From Eutreptiella sp. 'Long Island Sound 2002' (Eukaryota > Protista > Euglenida): a stretch of 64,000 nt of DNA. The stretch lies in NCBI GenBank assembly GCA_964036045.1, contig OZ038378.1:185752001-185816000 (forward strand), read 5' to 3'. Below the pieces are notes generated by a model. That model was not told the origin of the DNA and made no database searches. It was given only the letters and a program-made list of their open reading frames with translations. The first letter of the stretch is position 1; each line of letters opens with the position of its first letter. Both the position numbers and the translations under genes were made by a program. Below, in pieces: positions 1-12,099 of this stretch.

Positions 1-2396
1 CTCCTTACATGCGCCACCGACTATGGACACAAATAACAGCCCTACATTTGCCATGATGCTTTGAGGTTACATGAAGCAACACACTGTTGCGCTCATAAAT
101 TGTGTTGATACAACTTGTGCTAGAGTGTGGCTCGACAAAGCGTGTGTTGGAAAATGTTATTCAATGGAGAATGTTACCTAAACAAAAAGGTAGAAGAATG
201 CAAAAGAAAAAGTGAGAACAAATGGATGCTATATAACAAATGGCATGGACTATAGTGGTCTTGCAAAATGCATGCAATTGTATGACTTAACACAAAAATA
301 TGCACAAAATATTTTTTCAAAGTGGTAATAAAACCAAAACTTAAATCCGACAAACACATCTTGGACTGCAACATCGCAAAATTGTGCCAATTTAGCACAT
401 TTGCGACGAAATAGGCTTACAAATTCATTCCAACGCCCCGGCGGTTGTTGGGTGCCACCTAAAATTTTTTGCCCTATACTGCTGAAAACAATCCATTTTT
501 GCCGCCTGTTTTCAGGATGACAGCCACTAATGCCCTGTAATAATCGTCCAAATACCAACTTTGTCCAATGGTTTTTGTGCAGGGTTTCAAAATCACACAC
601 GAAACACTCGTAGTAATAATGGACTGGCATTTATGGACAGGACATCCAATTTCTATGCAATATTTTTTGACTCAGGGTATGCAGGTAAGGATGAAAAAAA
701 AATGCTACATTTTACACTGAGAAAATTGTTATTTGGGAGGCCACAGAAAGAGTTTTCACCACAATGGGTTGTGCCAAATATGTTGCAACAAAACTGTGAT
801 TGGTTGATCAATGAAAGCAGCTACACACACATAAACCAGCGACGCCACTGTTCAGTCTCGACGAAAGACAGTGCTCCAGGAGCCATCAATATGCTGACAC
901 ACCCAACCCAACCAGAACTGTAAACCCCGCAGCTACCCAGGTCTCAAAGAACAACCACTGGTTGGACAAAGATGCAGAGCAACAACACAACACAGCACAG
1001 CACAGCACATTACAGCACACAATATAACTGGATGAGAGTCAGTTCTTCCATAATTACACCAACAAGTGTTTTTTGGGCTGCAATTTGGTCATCAGCCTGG
1101 CCCCCCTCAAGGACACACTTTGCCCTGAACCTAATCAATGGAGGGATAGTACTTGTAGTTCAGGGGAATGGAATGAGAGAACTGAAGAACATATGCCGCA
1201 AAGCGCCAGAAAAATATTTTGGGTGACCTAACCAGCCCCCCACGCACCATGGAGCATATCCGAAATACACATCCTATCGCCAGGAAGGGGGGCAATGGCA
1301 CAGGAAGCAAATGGGAAAGAAAAGAAGACAACACTTAATAAACCAGCTGTGGAAGTGCTGAAAATAGAGTGAGAATGGTGTACGAGAGAGAAGATGGCTC
1401 ATGGTACTATGGTTGGTGGTGTAAAAAACGTTGGACACAGTGGGAATTTGGGTGAAGAGCAGGAGGACAGGAAAGAATGGCAAAAAAAGCCCAGATCTCA
1501 GGGATTGAGGGAATGGACATATTGCAGTAGATCAGCAAGAAACACTAACCATGCAAAAACAATACAATGTTGATGTGAGGGTAAGGTTTAATTGGTCAAA
1601 AAATCACCACCAACAGATAGACCACTGCACACAAGAGGACACTGTCACAACAGGGGGGGGTTGCATATCCACAACTGTTGCTTTGATGCTCCAATGCGAA
1701 GCTCCAAACCCCACAGACACAGACATGCACACCAATACATCTCTTGTGGGACATGAATATGCGCATGTACACACACCAGCAGCCAGAAAAGCAGGAGCTT
1801 GCACACAAATTGAAAAAAGGCATACACTTACAGATCTGTACATCCATGTGTAGGATGGGCAAAACCTGGTCATGGATGACACACAAGACTACACCTGCAC
1901 ACACTGGCACACCCACTCTGGATCAGAGGCTCAGCCAGGCAGGCTCATGTGGGTGGGGCAGAACGTGGAAGGGGAAGATGTTGGAAATCAAAGCCAGTGA
2001 TTGGAAATCCCTTTCCTGCCGCATCAGGCCATGACATGTAAAGCCCCTGTAAGACGATCAGTCATGACCCACAGATATTCCTACTGGTGTAATTCACAAA
2101 GCGGGGTGCCTGTGTAATCCAACAAGCCTCCTTCGGTTCCTTTGCTCTTGAAGATAGCCCCCATCAATCTGATGAGCCCCATGTGCTGCGAGCTTCCACT
2201 TAACCATCAGCGGAAGTGCATTCGCAGCAATTGTACCACCCCAAAAACCTGCAGCCGCGCAAAGCGGCAAGCAGAATAGATAATATCAGCGTAAGGCAGC
2301 CCTACTTGGGCCGAGATGGGCTCATCAGCAGCTGAGCAAGGGATTGCTGCCGAGCAGATAGAACACCCCGGAATGCGGACTCACCTTGCCACAGGC

Positions 2397-5300
2397 TTAG
2401 CCAGGCTTTGCCGATAGGCGGTCCGCCATGAGGGCCACTTCACTCGGGTTCAGCCGCTTCCCATTATCCCAAGGCCGCACATTCGTTACGTACTCATCCT
2501 GCAGCGAGGCCAAGATGGCTTCTCGCGCATTTTTGCGCTCATCATACACACGCGCCGTCAGGGCCCCAAGCTCATCAGCGGTAAGCCTTTTCGATTTTCC
2601 CGGTTGATCTGTAGAGAAAAAGGCAAAATGTGTCGTGCACGGAACAACCCACTCAACGAACAAACACAAATCAAGGCCGCTACCCCAAAACACATCCGCA
2701 TCAGCACAGGCAGACCCCACGAGGGGGGGGGGGGTGTTCAGGTCAGTGCTGGGCCCCAACCCCCGCGGCGTGGGCAGGGGGTCTGAAGGGGAGGGGGGTG
2801 GGGGGGAGCTAATTTTTTTTCTCGGGTTTGAGGGGCATTTTGAACTCCCCATGACATTCTGGGCATTCCAAATCCACACAAATCTGGGGGGCACACGGCC
2901 CTTTTACCACGCGGAAAATGAGGGGAAATGGGGGGGGGGGGGGAGGATGGGGGCAAACATCTGTGCCCCGGTCCCCAGAGGCCACGAAGGCTTTCCAAAC
3001 GCCGCTGGGTCCCAAGTCGGTGGTTCCTCATTGGTCACCGTCGGCGTGTGTGTGGGGGGGGGGGGGGGCATTACGTCAGGATTTGAATTAAGTAGTCCTG
3101 ACCACATGCCAGACTCAATCAGTTTGACTTCAAGGAGCACCGCGAGGGGGGGGGTTGGGGTTGGGTTGGGTCATGGCTCGCACCGGAGGCGGGTTCCCAC
3201 GGCCAGTGTGTCCTTCCCTCACCAGCACGACTGGGCCCTACCCCGGCTGTCTGGTCTCACAGAGAGGGGGGGGGGGGGCTTATATATCGCGTTGGACCCC
3301 CGCCCCCGTGGCAGCAGCAGCAGACGGATGGCTCAGCACGCGCCGTTGCATGAGCAGAAGGCACTGCAGCGCCATATACCCCGGGGCTGCCGGACAGATC
3401 CGGAAAGGGGGGCAGAAGCACCGGAGAAGCCTCCGAAGCTCTGGGGTCATCGCACGCACGCACGCACACGTGCACACGGGCATGCGCTGGCGCAGGTGCG
3501 GAGGTCCAGGCGCACACACACGCACATCACGGCACGAGCACACGCACGCACGCGTTCCGTTGCGCAACCCCAGTCCCGCCCGCCGAGCAGAACGCAACCG
3601 TAGCCCCCACCGGCCGTACCGTAATACTTCCGTCGCAATCGGTCGTGCGTCGTCTGGGCCTTCTCCATCTGCATGCGGTACAGCCGCTCAATGCTGTCCT
3701 CCATCTGCGCCCCCGTCAGCTGTCTTCTGGTCTCCTGTGCGTTAAGCGGGGGAGGGTACGCGGTGTTCTGGATGTTTGCGTGCATTTGGATGTGTTGATG
3801 CAGTCGCTGCGGGCAGGCATTGTACTTGTGGGCGGTTTGAGGTTATTCCCTCGCTCAGGGGGTGGGGGCTGGGGGATGGGGTGGGGGGTATGGTGGCGAT
3901 TCTGGGCGGGGGGGGGGTAGGCGAAGCTAATCTGCACACACTCAACCCTGCACAGAAAATACAAATGACTGAAACACATAGAGCCAGCCTGGATGGAGCC
4001 TTCAGATTGCCGACTGATGCCTTCTTCCGGCATGTTTTCGTTGATTCCGTTGTTTCACTTTTTTTCTGTGTGCTCTTTACCCGAAAAGGAACCCTGGCCG
4101 TTCTACGGTGAGCCCCAGAGTCATTCCCCGGTCGGAGGGGAAGGGCTGCATTTTCATGAGACACAAAAACTGCACAATTAGAGAGTTTGCACGTGGCTAC
4201 GAAATTCTGCCTTCGGCTTTCATTCCAACGTGGTCCAAGAGCTACCAATCGAGTTCAATCCCTGGGCTGTGGCAACCCACGTATGATGAAACCACCACAA
4301 CCACTGCATTGGTAGGTGGGCAGGTCAAACCAAAGGTAATTTTGACATTATGTTCTCAATACAAGGGAGGCTTCCGGAATTAGAATGTTGGGGGCAAGTG
4401 TGACTCCATCCATGAGGTTGTAGCAAATGACAAGCAGACACAACAAACGGGCGGGGGACCAATGCGCGCAGCATGGAAATGGTACGTTCAACCCCCAAAG
4501 TGCGGGGAGGATTTCGGATGGGAGGTAACGCATTGCTGCGCAGCAGAGCGTCACAAAACATGTTGCATGTGTCCTTGAATAATGCCCTGTTTTCCTCCTG
4601 GACCCTTGCACCTCTCGCATTACCCTCTGCTTTCCTGCCTACGGGTTCATTTTTGCCCAGTGGCGCCCTGCACAACCCTCGCCCTGCACGACCCTCACCC
4701 TTCCCGGACACACTTTGGTGGTATGCTTGGCCAACACATTGTTCATGCGTGAATTATGATTGGTCATCGCCTGCTTGAACACGCGCTCCACCTGTAACAG
4801 TCGAGGTCAGAGCAATCCACTGAATATGTATTATTATTAATGTTATTATTATTATTATTCTACACCCTCTTCCCCGTAAATCCCGCTGCAAGTAGGCAAC
4901 AAGCAACAACAACACTTCAGCAATCCATTTTCCATACTCTTCATAGCTGCCTGGCACCGGCCCCAACTCTAGGGGCTTAGACCCCACACACATGGTCTTG
5001 CCAAATCCCAAGATTGAGCCCACAAGTAGCCAGTGGCCGCCAGGGCGCCGGCTGCAATTTGGGGGTCTACTCTGCAGAAATGGCCCAGATTGGGCACTTT
5101 TTGGCAAAAATCGGCCCAACCTGGGCCCAAATGGCCATACCATCGAAAATGCTCCTGAATCCACTGAACCGATTTGCCTTCGTGGTGTCAAGGAAAGTTG
5201 TTTCACCTTCTAAACTCCACATGTCCACGAATGCCCCGAAAGTGGCATGAAAAAGCCCAAAAATGCTGTGTTTTGGCTTAGAAGCAGCATGGCATCCCCA

Positions 5301-7911
5301 AACCAAGATTGGGCTACATCTCGGGCTGCATGGCACGAAATCCAATGCCAAGGCCAACAAGTCCACCCCCACTTTTTGCAGTTTCCGCCCTCAGAATGGT
5401 CCAAAGGGATACCTACACCACTGTATTGGTGCACACTTGGCCACAGCGAGCGAGCGGCCAGAGCCCACTTGGCCTGCAACATGGCCATTTTGGGGCCAAA
5501 ATACGCCTAAATTCAGGGCAACAACGGTCACACCATTGCAAATGCTTGGGATTCCACCAAATGGGCTTGCTTTCCTTGTGTCAAGGAAGCTCATTTCCAC
5601 TTATAGCTCCGCAACATGTCCATGCAATGCTCCTGGCCCGGGGGGTTTTGGCCAATATTTGCCCAGAGCCAAGATTTGGCTGCATCTTGGGCTACGTCAC
5701 TTGAGACCACCCAGTCCACCCACAATCCCCCATTTTTTGTGGTTTCCAATCCACAGAATGGCCCAAAAAGACATCTAGACCCCAGATGCCTTTGGTTCCT
5801 GGCCAGCAGCAAGGCTAAAGCACGAAAAGATCAAAGGCCTTCAGCACTCAATAATGTGGCTTCGGGATGCCCCATGACCCATACCCGTCCCAAATGACCC
5901 TTACCTCCAGATTTCAAAAATGTCTTACACCCCCCCCCCCATCCCTCCAAAATATTATTTTTGAGAAAACGGCCGGAAAAAAAACCAATGACTTGCATCA
6001 GAATCCCCCGCCCCAAATAAAAAGCCCATTTATTGCTACACCCCTCTCCCCGAATGTCTAGCTAGCAACAAGCACCAAGCAAACAAGTTGGCAACAACAA
6101 CAGAGAATTCACGTTTCCATTTTGCCAAACTCTGTGTCCCAACGCGTCGAGTTCAAATCTGTGCATTACATGACCTTCCCGACTCCAGAGTTTGCGTCCC
6201 CAACTCACCAGTGGTGGCCTGGGGCGTGGGCGCCAAGTCGGGAGGTGCCCTCCCACATGTGAGCAGTTTTGGGCCGAAAATGGCCATTTTTCGCCCAACA
6301 CAACCTGCAACCCGTTCAAATCAGTCAAATGAAGGAAGAAGGGCGGCACATGCTGCAACTGGCTGGACTTCTTCGTGTCAGAGCCCTTTGCCAGCCTCTA
6401 ACTCCACAACGCAGCCAAGAAATGCCCCCAAAATGCCCACCAATGAAGCAAAATCTGCATAGTCTGGCTGCAAACAGCCCCCAATGAAGAACAGGCCCTA
6501 TCTTGGGCGACGCGGCTCAAAATCCGGTTCCGCTGTCTCCTCACCACATGATAGAGGCCCAAAAAGGGGTATGTACAATCAAATAGGAGAAAAAAGTGGT
6601 GTTGGGGGGGGGGGAACGGTATGTAACAAATGTGTGTATGTATGCGGCACTATTCCACATGTATTCTGGTACAATTACCCAAATTGCGTGCCGTAGGGAG
6701 CACCGCAGGCGCCGCAGGCGCCACAGGGAAAGCGTTCCCATTGTCTCGAGGGCGTGGGGGGGGGGATTAGAGCCCAAGCTGTACTTGGAAACAAGGGGCC
6801 AAAAGAAAGAAGCGGAGATGACGAGCAAAGGGACAGACATTCCACACTCACCCTCATACTCTTTGTTTGTTTTGCTGGCCCTGCGCTTGTGCCTGAACCC
6901 TGCATCCCGACCGCTGCACTGATCATGGCTCCATGCACACTGACAATCACACATTGTATTTGTGTCTGGGATTTTTATGCGCCGGGGTGCATCCCACGAT
7001 GTGGGCAGCTCATATGCCCACGCCGACCGCGCAGCTCCAAACAGTAGACTGGAGCGGGCCTGTGGTGAGGCCCAGGCAGACCAAAAAATACATCAGCTGA
7101 GAGGGTAAGAGGGGGGGTGGGGAGTGGTCACCGAACCTCAAGCAACTGCCTCTGTCACTATCATTGCCACTGGTAGCCCCCCCCCCCCTCCCTCAGCAAA
7201 ACAAAAGTTGCTATGCACAACTTGTGTTTTGCTGGCCCTTCCTTGTCCCTGAACCCTGCATCTCCAACCCTGCACTGATCATGGCTTCGTGCACACCGAC
7301 AATCACACATTGTATTTGCGTCTGGGAAAATTTTTGTATGTCCTCGACTCACTGCACTGGGGGCGCAGGGGGTAATGCATGCATGCCAAAAGTGCCAATC
7401 GTGCTCTGGACCGCACTCTGGACACTAACGGACGCCCCACGGAACTGAAAACGAACGCAAACGGACGGCCCCCTCAATGGCAAACGGACTCAAACGGACG
7501 CCCCCTGCAAACACAAACGGATGCAAACGGACGCATAGCCGCCTAAAAACGGACGCTCGGGCTACGGATGCTCTGGCCACCAGACATGCAGAGCACAACT
7601 CAATACCCCACAACCAACGCCGCCCTGGCAAGCATCATGCCTTTTGGCAACTCGCAGGACCCCTGCGTATGACAAGCGCTCTTCCTGACGTGGTCTCGTC
7701 CAGCACAACTACTACACTGTTGGTACGTGTCCGTACCACAGAGTTCTTTTGGGATGAACACAAAGCAGTCGGGCGCGGCAGGACGCAGCGGACTCGCATG
7801 CACCCCCGCATACCTGCTCGTCCATGGCTTCCTTGGTGAGCTTTTTGCTTGGGGGCTGCGGCATGTACTTCACGGCCAGCTTCTCAGCATTCGCTTTGCG
7901 TCTTGTGGCCT
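2397..7911 (-). CDS. 3' part of a spliced gene for a coiled-coil repeat protein (repeat ~K.LT.E...(V/I)ER(L/V)(Y/F)...L..KY); 5' exon(s) not located
   Basis: Four exons join in phase through GT-AG introns: 7911(or 7909)-7814 (EATRRKANAEKLAVKYMPQPPSKKLTKEAMDEQ), 4791-4714 (VERVFKQAMTNHNSRMNNVLAKHTTK), 3734-3620 (ETRRQLTGAQMEDSIERLYRMQMEKAQTTHDRLRRKYY) and 2608-2397 (DQPGKSKRLTADELGALTARVYDERKNAREAILASLQDEY...DRLSAKPG*). The same ~35-aa motif recurs in the spliced product. Confidence 0.8.
2720..3075. mobile_element. Interspersed repeat family A (MITE-like), copy 1
   Basis: Shares the motif blocks (c)agttcagt..gaccccaacc.ccgcggcgtgggcagg, ggggcattttgaa, acacaa.tctggggg and tc.tcattggtcaccgtcgg with the TSD-flanked copy at 24328-24710. 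Confidence 0.7.
4890..5800. repeat. Imperfect tandem duplication of a ~370-390 bp unit
   Basis: Block tggtgtcaaggaa...ctcc...catgtcca at ~5180 and ~5575; block ccaagatt.ggct.catct.gggct...cagaatgg.ccaaa at ~5300 and ~5665. Confidence 0.6.
6865..7345. repeat. Direct duplication of a ~120 bp block
   Basis: gttttgctggccct...cctgaaccctgcat...tgcactgatcatggct...gacaatcacacattgtatttg.gtctggga occurs at ~6865-6985 and ~7222-7343. Confidence 0.8.
7425..7560. repeat. Cluster of AAACGGA(C/T) short repeats, probably a transposon subterminal region
   Basis: About 7 copies of (a)aacgga(c/t) in 135 bp. Confidence 0.5.
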
Positions 7912-8329
7912 CTGAATTTGAACGTTGATCGGCCGTGACACAATTCACAAACCATACCCCCAGTCAAACCAGACACCACCCCACACTGTCGGGTCATTCA
8001 AGGGAGGGGCAAGTCAGGATGTGCACTGCATTTCGTTGGGAACCGCGGGGGACAAAGGCTCGTAGCACATTCCGTAGTTCTTGTCCACCAACTGCAACTA
8101 ATTGCCTCCGCATCATGTCTCTGAAAGTACAGTATTCGTCATGTGTCAGACGGTATGCACCCCAGGTACCTTGTTGCTGTCTTGTGTGAAAGGTGCTGGC
8201 AGGGGTCTTTTCTTCACCCGGAATGCCTGGTGTGCCTGGATCGTGGTGGCGTGTGATGTCGCTGTTGAGGGGCGGGTGTTCATGATTCTTTTGGAAATGC
8301 AAACCGTTGACCTTTGCTGCATCGTGTCC

Positions 8330-8520
8330 TTCAGAGGGGGAGGGCAGGGGGGGATTCTCTGGACCCCGTGCTGGCAGTGTGGGCAGGGGGATTCCAGAGG
8401 GGAGGGGTCAATTTTTTTTCGGGTTTTGCAAGCATTTTTATATTCCCTGTTTCACTCTGAGCTTTTTGAATATACACAAGTCCGGGGGCAGGGCCGGAAT
8501 GTATCCAATAACCAGCACAT
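8330..8520. mobile_element. Family A repeat, partial copy 2
   Basis: gtgggcaggggg...aattttttttcggg...cattttt...tttcactctgagctttttgaatatacacaag matches the family A core. Confidence 0.55.
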
Positions 8521-10007
8521 TAAAGAATTGTTGGAAAATGACCTATTCAGCACATGGAAATGCCATGTTGCCAGCAGCAAACAAATGAAAATCTTCATTC
8601 TGGGTCACCGCAGGGTTCCCTCACTTAACCAACACACAACAAACACAGGAAAGCAGGAGATTGCTCAGTGCCAGCCGAATCATCTCTTTGATTTCTTTGA
8701 TCTGTAGTGCAGAACCAATAGGCCGTCACGCGCTCGACACAGATTCCTGCAGCACGCAACACAGCTCACGCATTGCCATTGGTATCTGTAACATGCTTTT
8801 TGCACATCGTTGTATGCTTCTTGTCTTTTCCGTCTGGTGAGTCAATCTTTCAACCGAAAAGAAAACAGCACATCAAATGCATCGTTGCATTTCATGTGGC
8901 CGGTGGTTGGGCCGGGGAGCCACACACAACCAACAAACACTGGGAAATGGTCATTTGTAGACATGGAACAACAACTGAACACTCTTTGACATGTGCCAGA
9001 GGCGTGGAAAAAATTTTGTCGGATCACTGAAAAACGTTCCCAAAACCCAGGTTTTCAGCTGAGTTAGAGTGGAGGTGGGAGGGGGCAAGGGGGTCTAGGG
9101 GGGAGCCCCCCCTCCCCCCCTCTGCCAGAACGAAAATCAAAGCAAAACCCTGGCCGGAGGTAACATCTCCTAATACAATTCACCACAAAAATGGGGGGAA
9201 ATGGGGCAAAAAATACTGTGCCCTGAGGTTGTGGGGGGGGGGGGGTGTCACTTGGCAACCATCCTGGGGGTTGGGGGCGGGGCAACGAGCATGGGCGGGT
9301 GGGGTGACCAAGGGGATGAGGGTATATGAAACGTGCAACAAATGGAAAGAACAGCAATAAGGGAGAGCGATGGTGTCAATAGATTCATGTGCACAAATGC
9401 ACTTGGGACATATATTGAGTCTGGCTCAAAAAGTGGCCTCCAGTTTACATTGTTGAATGTTTTGTCGGGTTCACCTTCGTCTGGCCATCCTGCATAAGAG
9501 GGGGTTTCACAGGTACGTGCAATGTACCTATGCTACGCAGGAAGCACCCTCTTTGGCCAAAGTGGTTTCCAAAGCACCAGCCAAGAAGATGCGCTACAAA
9601 AAGGCGCATTTTCTGAGACCAGCACTCGCAGAGTAAAGATTGCCCTCATCACCAACAGCTGATCAGGTGGGGTGGGGTGGGGTTGGGTGTCAAATCATCA
9701 ATGCCAAACAAGCAACAGCGAAATGCAAGCAATTTTTTTTTTGACTCAGACTCACAAGTTCATCGTAAGTGCTCGGCCAGACGGGCCGGATCAGTAATGA
9801 CAGTGTAAGTACAACATATGTTATCCCGTGCGATTCCTGGGTCGCATACCACCATTAGTGGCGGGACGTATATTTGGGACTCACCTGTTGTCTGTCACTC
9901 ACTCATGCAGTATCAGAGACTGCCACGCCACTAAGACATCGAAAAGAAAACAAAGGGGGATGACATGTGAAACATGACTGCTGTGTGAAAAAGTGGGGAG
10001 GTCCAGT

Positions 10008-11270
10008 TCAGTGGCCTCCTGCACGTGGGCGTTTTATTGCCCATTGTGCCTTCCATTCGTCGGGCCTGCCACGTTTTCTGCCCTGAGAGATATTCATCTG
10101 TTCGACCTTACTTTCATACCATTCTCGCTTGTGTTCCCAACAGACCTCAAGTGTGTGTCTGATGTAGTGGTGCCATTCATCCCTGCACCTGGTGGTATAT
10201 GCTGTTGTGGCGTGGGATGCTGCGGAGTTGAAAAAGTGTTCCTTGGTTTCTGTGTACCCCTCAAACCAGGGTTGTCGTTGGTGCATGCTCTGTAAGGTTT
10301 TTGCCTTCCATCTGGAATTCTGTCGGGGCACTGGGCCGCGTGCTGCAGTACGATATAGCTTTCGCACCTGATGTTTATATGCCGTGTACTCTTGGGTGCG
10401 ATGTTGCATGAGGCGTAGCAAATTGCGATGCACACCCCCTGCATAGTGTCTGTTCTGAAGGAGGGTGTTCGCCAGAGTCCGTCGCTCCTCCAGAGTCTGG
10501 GAGAGGGCATGTCCCACATCTTTGTGGATTGGTAAGTCCTCTACCCTGTGGCCCAGGTGCCTCTCCAGTTGGGTATGTAAAGAAATAGCTGCTGATGGCA
10601 TGCTGGTGAGCACCTTTATGGTCTCCACTTTTGTGGTGTGTGTGAGCGGTCTGGCTAGGAGAGCCCGTGCCTGCTGTTGGTGCGTGTGGGCGGGAGCCGT
10701 CTGTGCCGTTTTGCGCTTTTTCTTCTGGACTTTGTACTGACACTGTTCCTTCAAATTTTTGGTTGTTGGATTTGGTGTGACCTTGCGTGCTTTTAACTTT
10801 GAGAACCACGGTGTCTCCGTTGTCGACGTGAGAGGGGGATCGTCCGTCTCGTTGCGGGGCGGCATAGACAGCTCACGTCGCAAATTTGTCACCCCCAGTA
10901 GCATGTGATATTGATGCCACGCCACTCGCCACCTCAAGTGGTGTTTCTCCTCTGCGGGGATATGGTCGATGAGGGTTGACGGAATGCGTAGTCGACCCAG
11001 GTGGTGCAAGTCTGTTTCGTCCACGTTTTCCAGCCACGTGGAGATGTGGGGTCTCCAATCTTCCCATGTGGACAGCCACAGGTCCAGAAAAGCTGAGTTC
11101 CAGGCTAGGCATTGTGTCGGTCTGTCATGTACTGCGGTGCGATGTGTTGTGCCACACAGCGAAAGCACAAGCAAATTTGTGTATGCAGTGCAGACCAAAC
11201 ATCCACAATGCCGACTCTGTCTGAAAGCGCTGCCCACCAGGATTTTTTTGGGGTTGGGGGCTGGGAGCAA
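10008..11270 (-). mobile_element. Open 420-aa frame, probably the C-terminal region (degenerate Zn finger plus extension) of a non-LTR retrotransposon ORF
   Basis: Longest protein-like ORF in the window. It has a Cys/His cluster (LSLCGTTHRTAVH..TQC) followed by a Trp-rich LDLWLSTWEDWRPHISTWL segment, and lies downstream of LINE-like remnants at 12100-13600 on the same strand. No intron structure. Confidence 0.5.
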
Positions 11271-11344
11271 TCAATTCATTGTGCGCTGAAGTACCCGGCA
11301 ACTATATGCAAAGCAATGTCCAACTTGCATGCCTGCACAGGGTG

Positions 11345-11530
11345 GTCTGCAGTTCAGTTCTAGACACCAACCCCCGCAGTTCAGTTCTAGACACCAACCC
11401 CCGCGGCGTGGGCGTCCGAGAGGGGGGGGGGTCGAACATTTTTCTCCATTTTGGGGGCATTTTTGAATTCTCCATTTCATTCTGAGCATTTTGAATGTAC
11501 ACAAGTGGGGTGAAATTTGGTTTTACCACT
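11345..11530. mobile_element. Family A repeat, copy 3, with an internal 27-bp tandem duplication
   Basis: agttcagttctagacaccaacccccgc at 11351-11377 and 11378-11404, followed by the family core cattttgaattc...cattctgagcattttgaatgtacacaag. Confidence 0.75.
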
Positions 11531-12099
11531 CACAACAAATGAAAAACAGTATTGTATTCCAACAGATGTACCTCTGAATCAGCAAAGGCTTCCCAGCCAG
11601 CAGAAGAAGACACGTGGCACGGCATTCCCTAACGCATTGTGAGCATTTTGAATGTCAACAATTGGGGGGAAATCAACTGTGTTGCAAAATTTCCAAGGTT
11701 CCGGGCGCCATTGGCGCCCAAGTTGCCAGTTCTAACCAGGTGCTAACTAGTATGGGTTGGGGGGAGGGGGGGAGGGGGGTTGGTGTCAGTCAAAGGTAAG
11801 CCCCCCCCCCCCCCCGTGCATGCCTGGCATGCTTGCAGCAGTTTAAGCGAAACCATAACTGCGCAACTGGCACAGAACCGAACGTGGTAAGTAAAGCCCC
11901 ACCGTGAGACCACCCCTTCTGGTGCTATGCCACAATGAGTATATGATGAAATGATAGGGTTTATATCTACTTGAGACTGTACTTGGGGCACTTGCGCTGG
12001 CACTCCTTTGGCCATACCACTGAGTTCAAATTGCCTACACTGCTGTCTGATATGCGTCGATTAGCATCTGTCTATTACCTATCCCTACGTCTATTGTGT

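Noticed and set aside
250-1330. Protein-like frames at the window start
   Set aside because: No recognisable motif or splice structure; possibly a transposase fossil, but unsupported.
2635-3603. 322-aa plus-strand ORF
   Set aside because: It spans a family A MITE, G-runs and CA-rich repeats, and is antisense to the intron of a well-supported gene.
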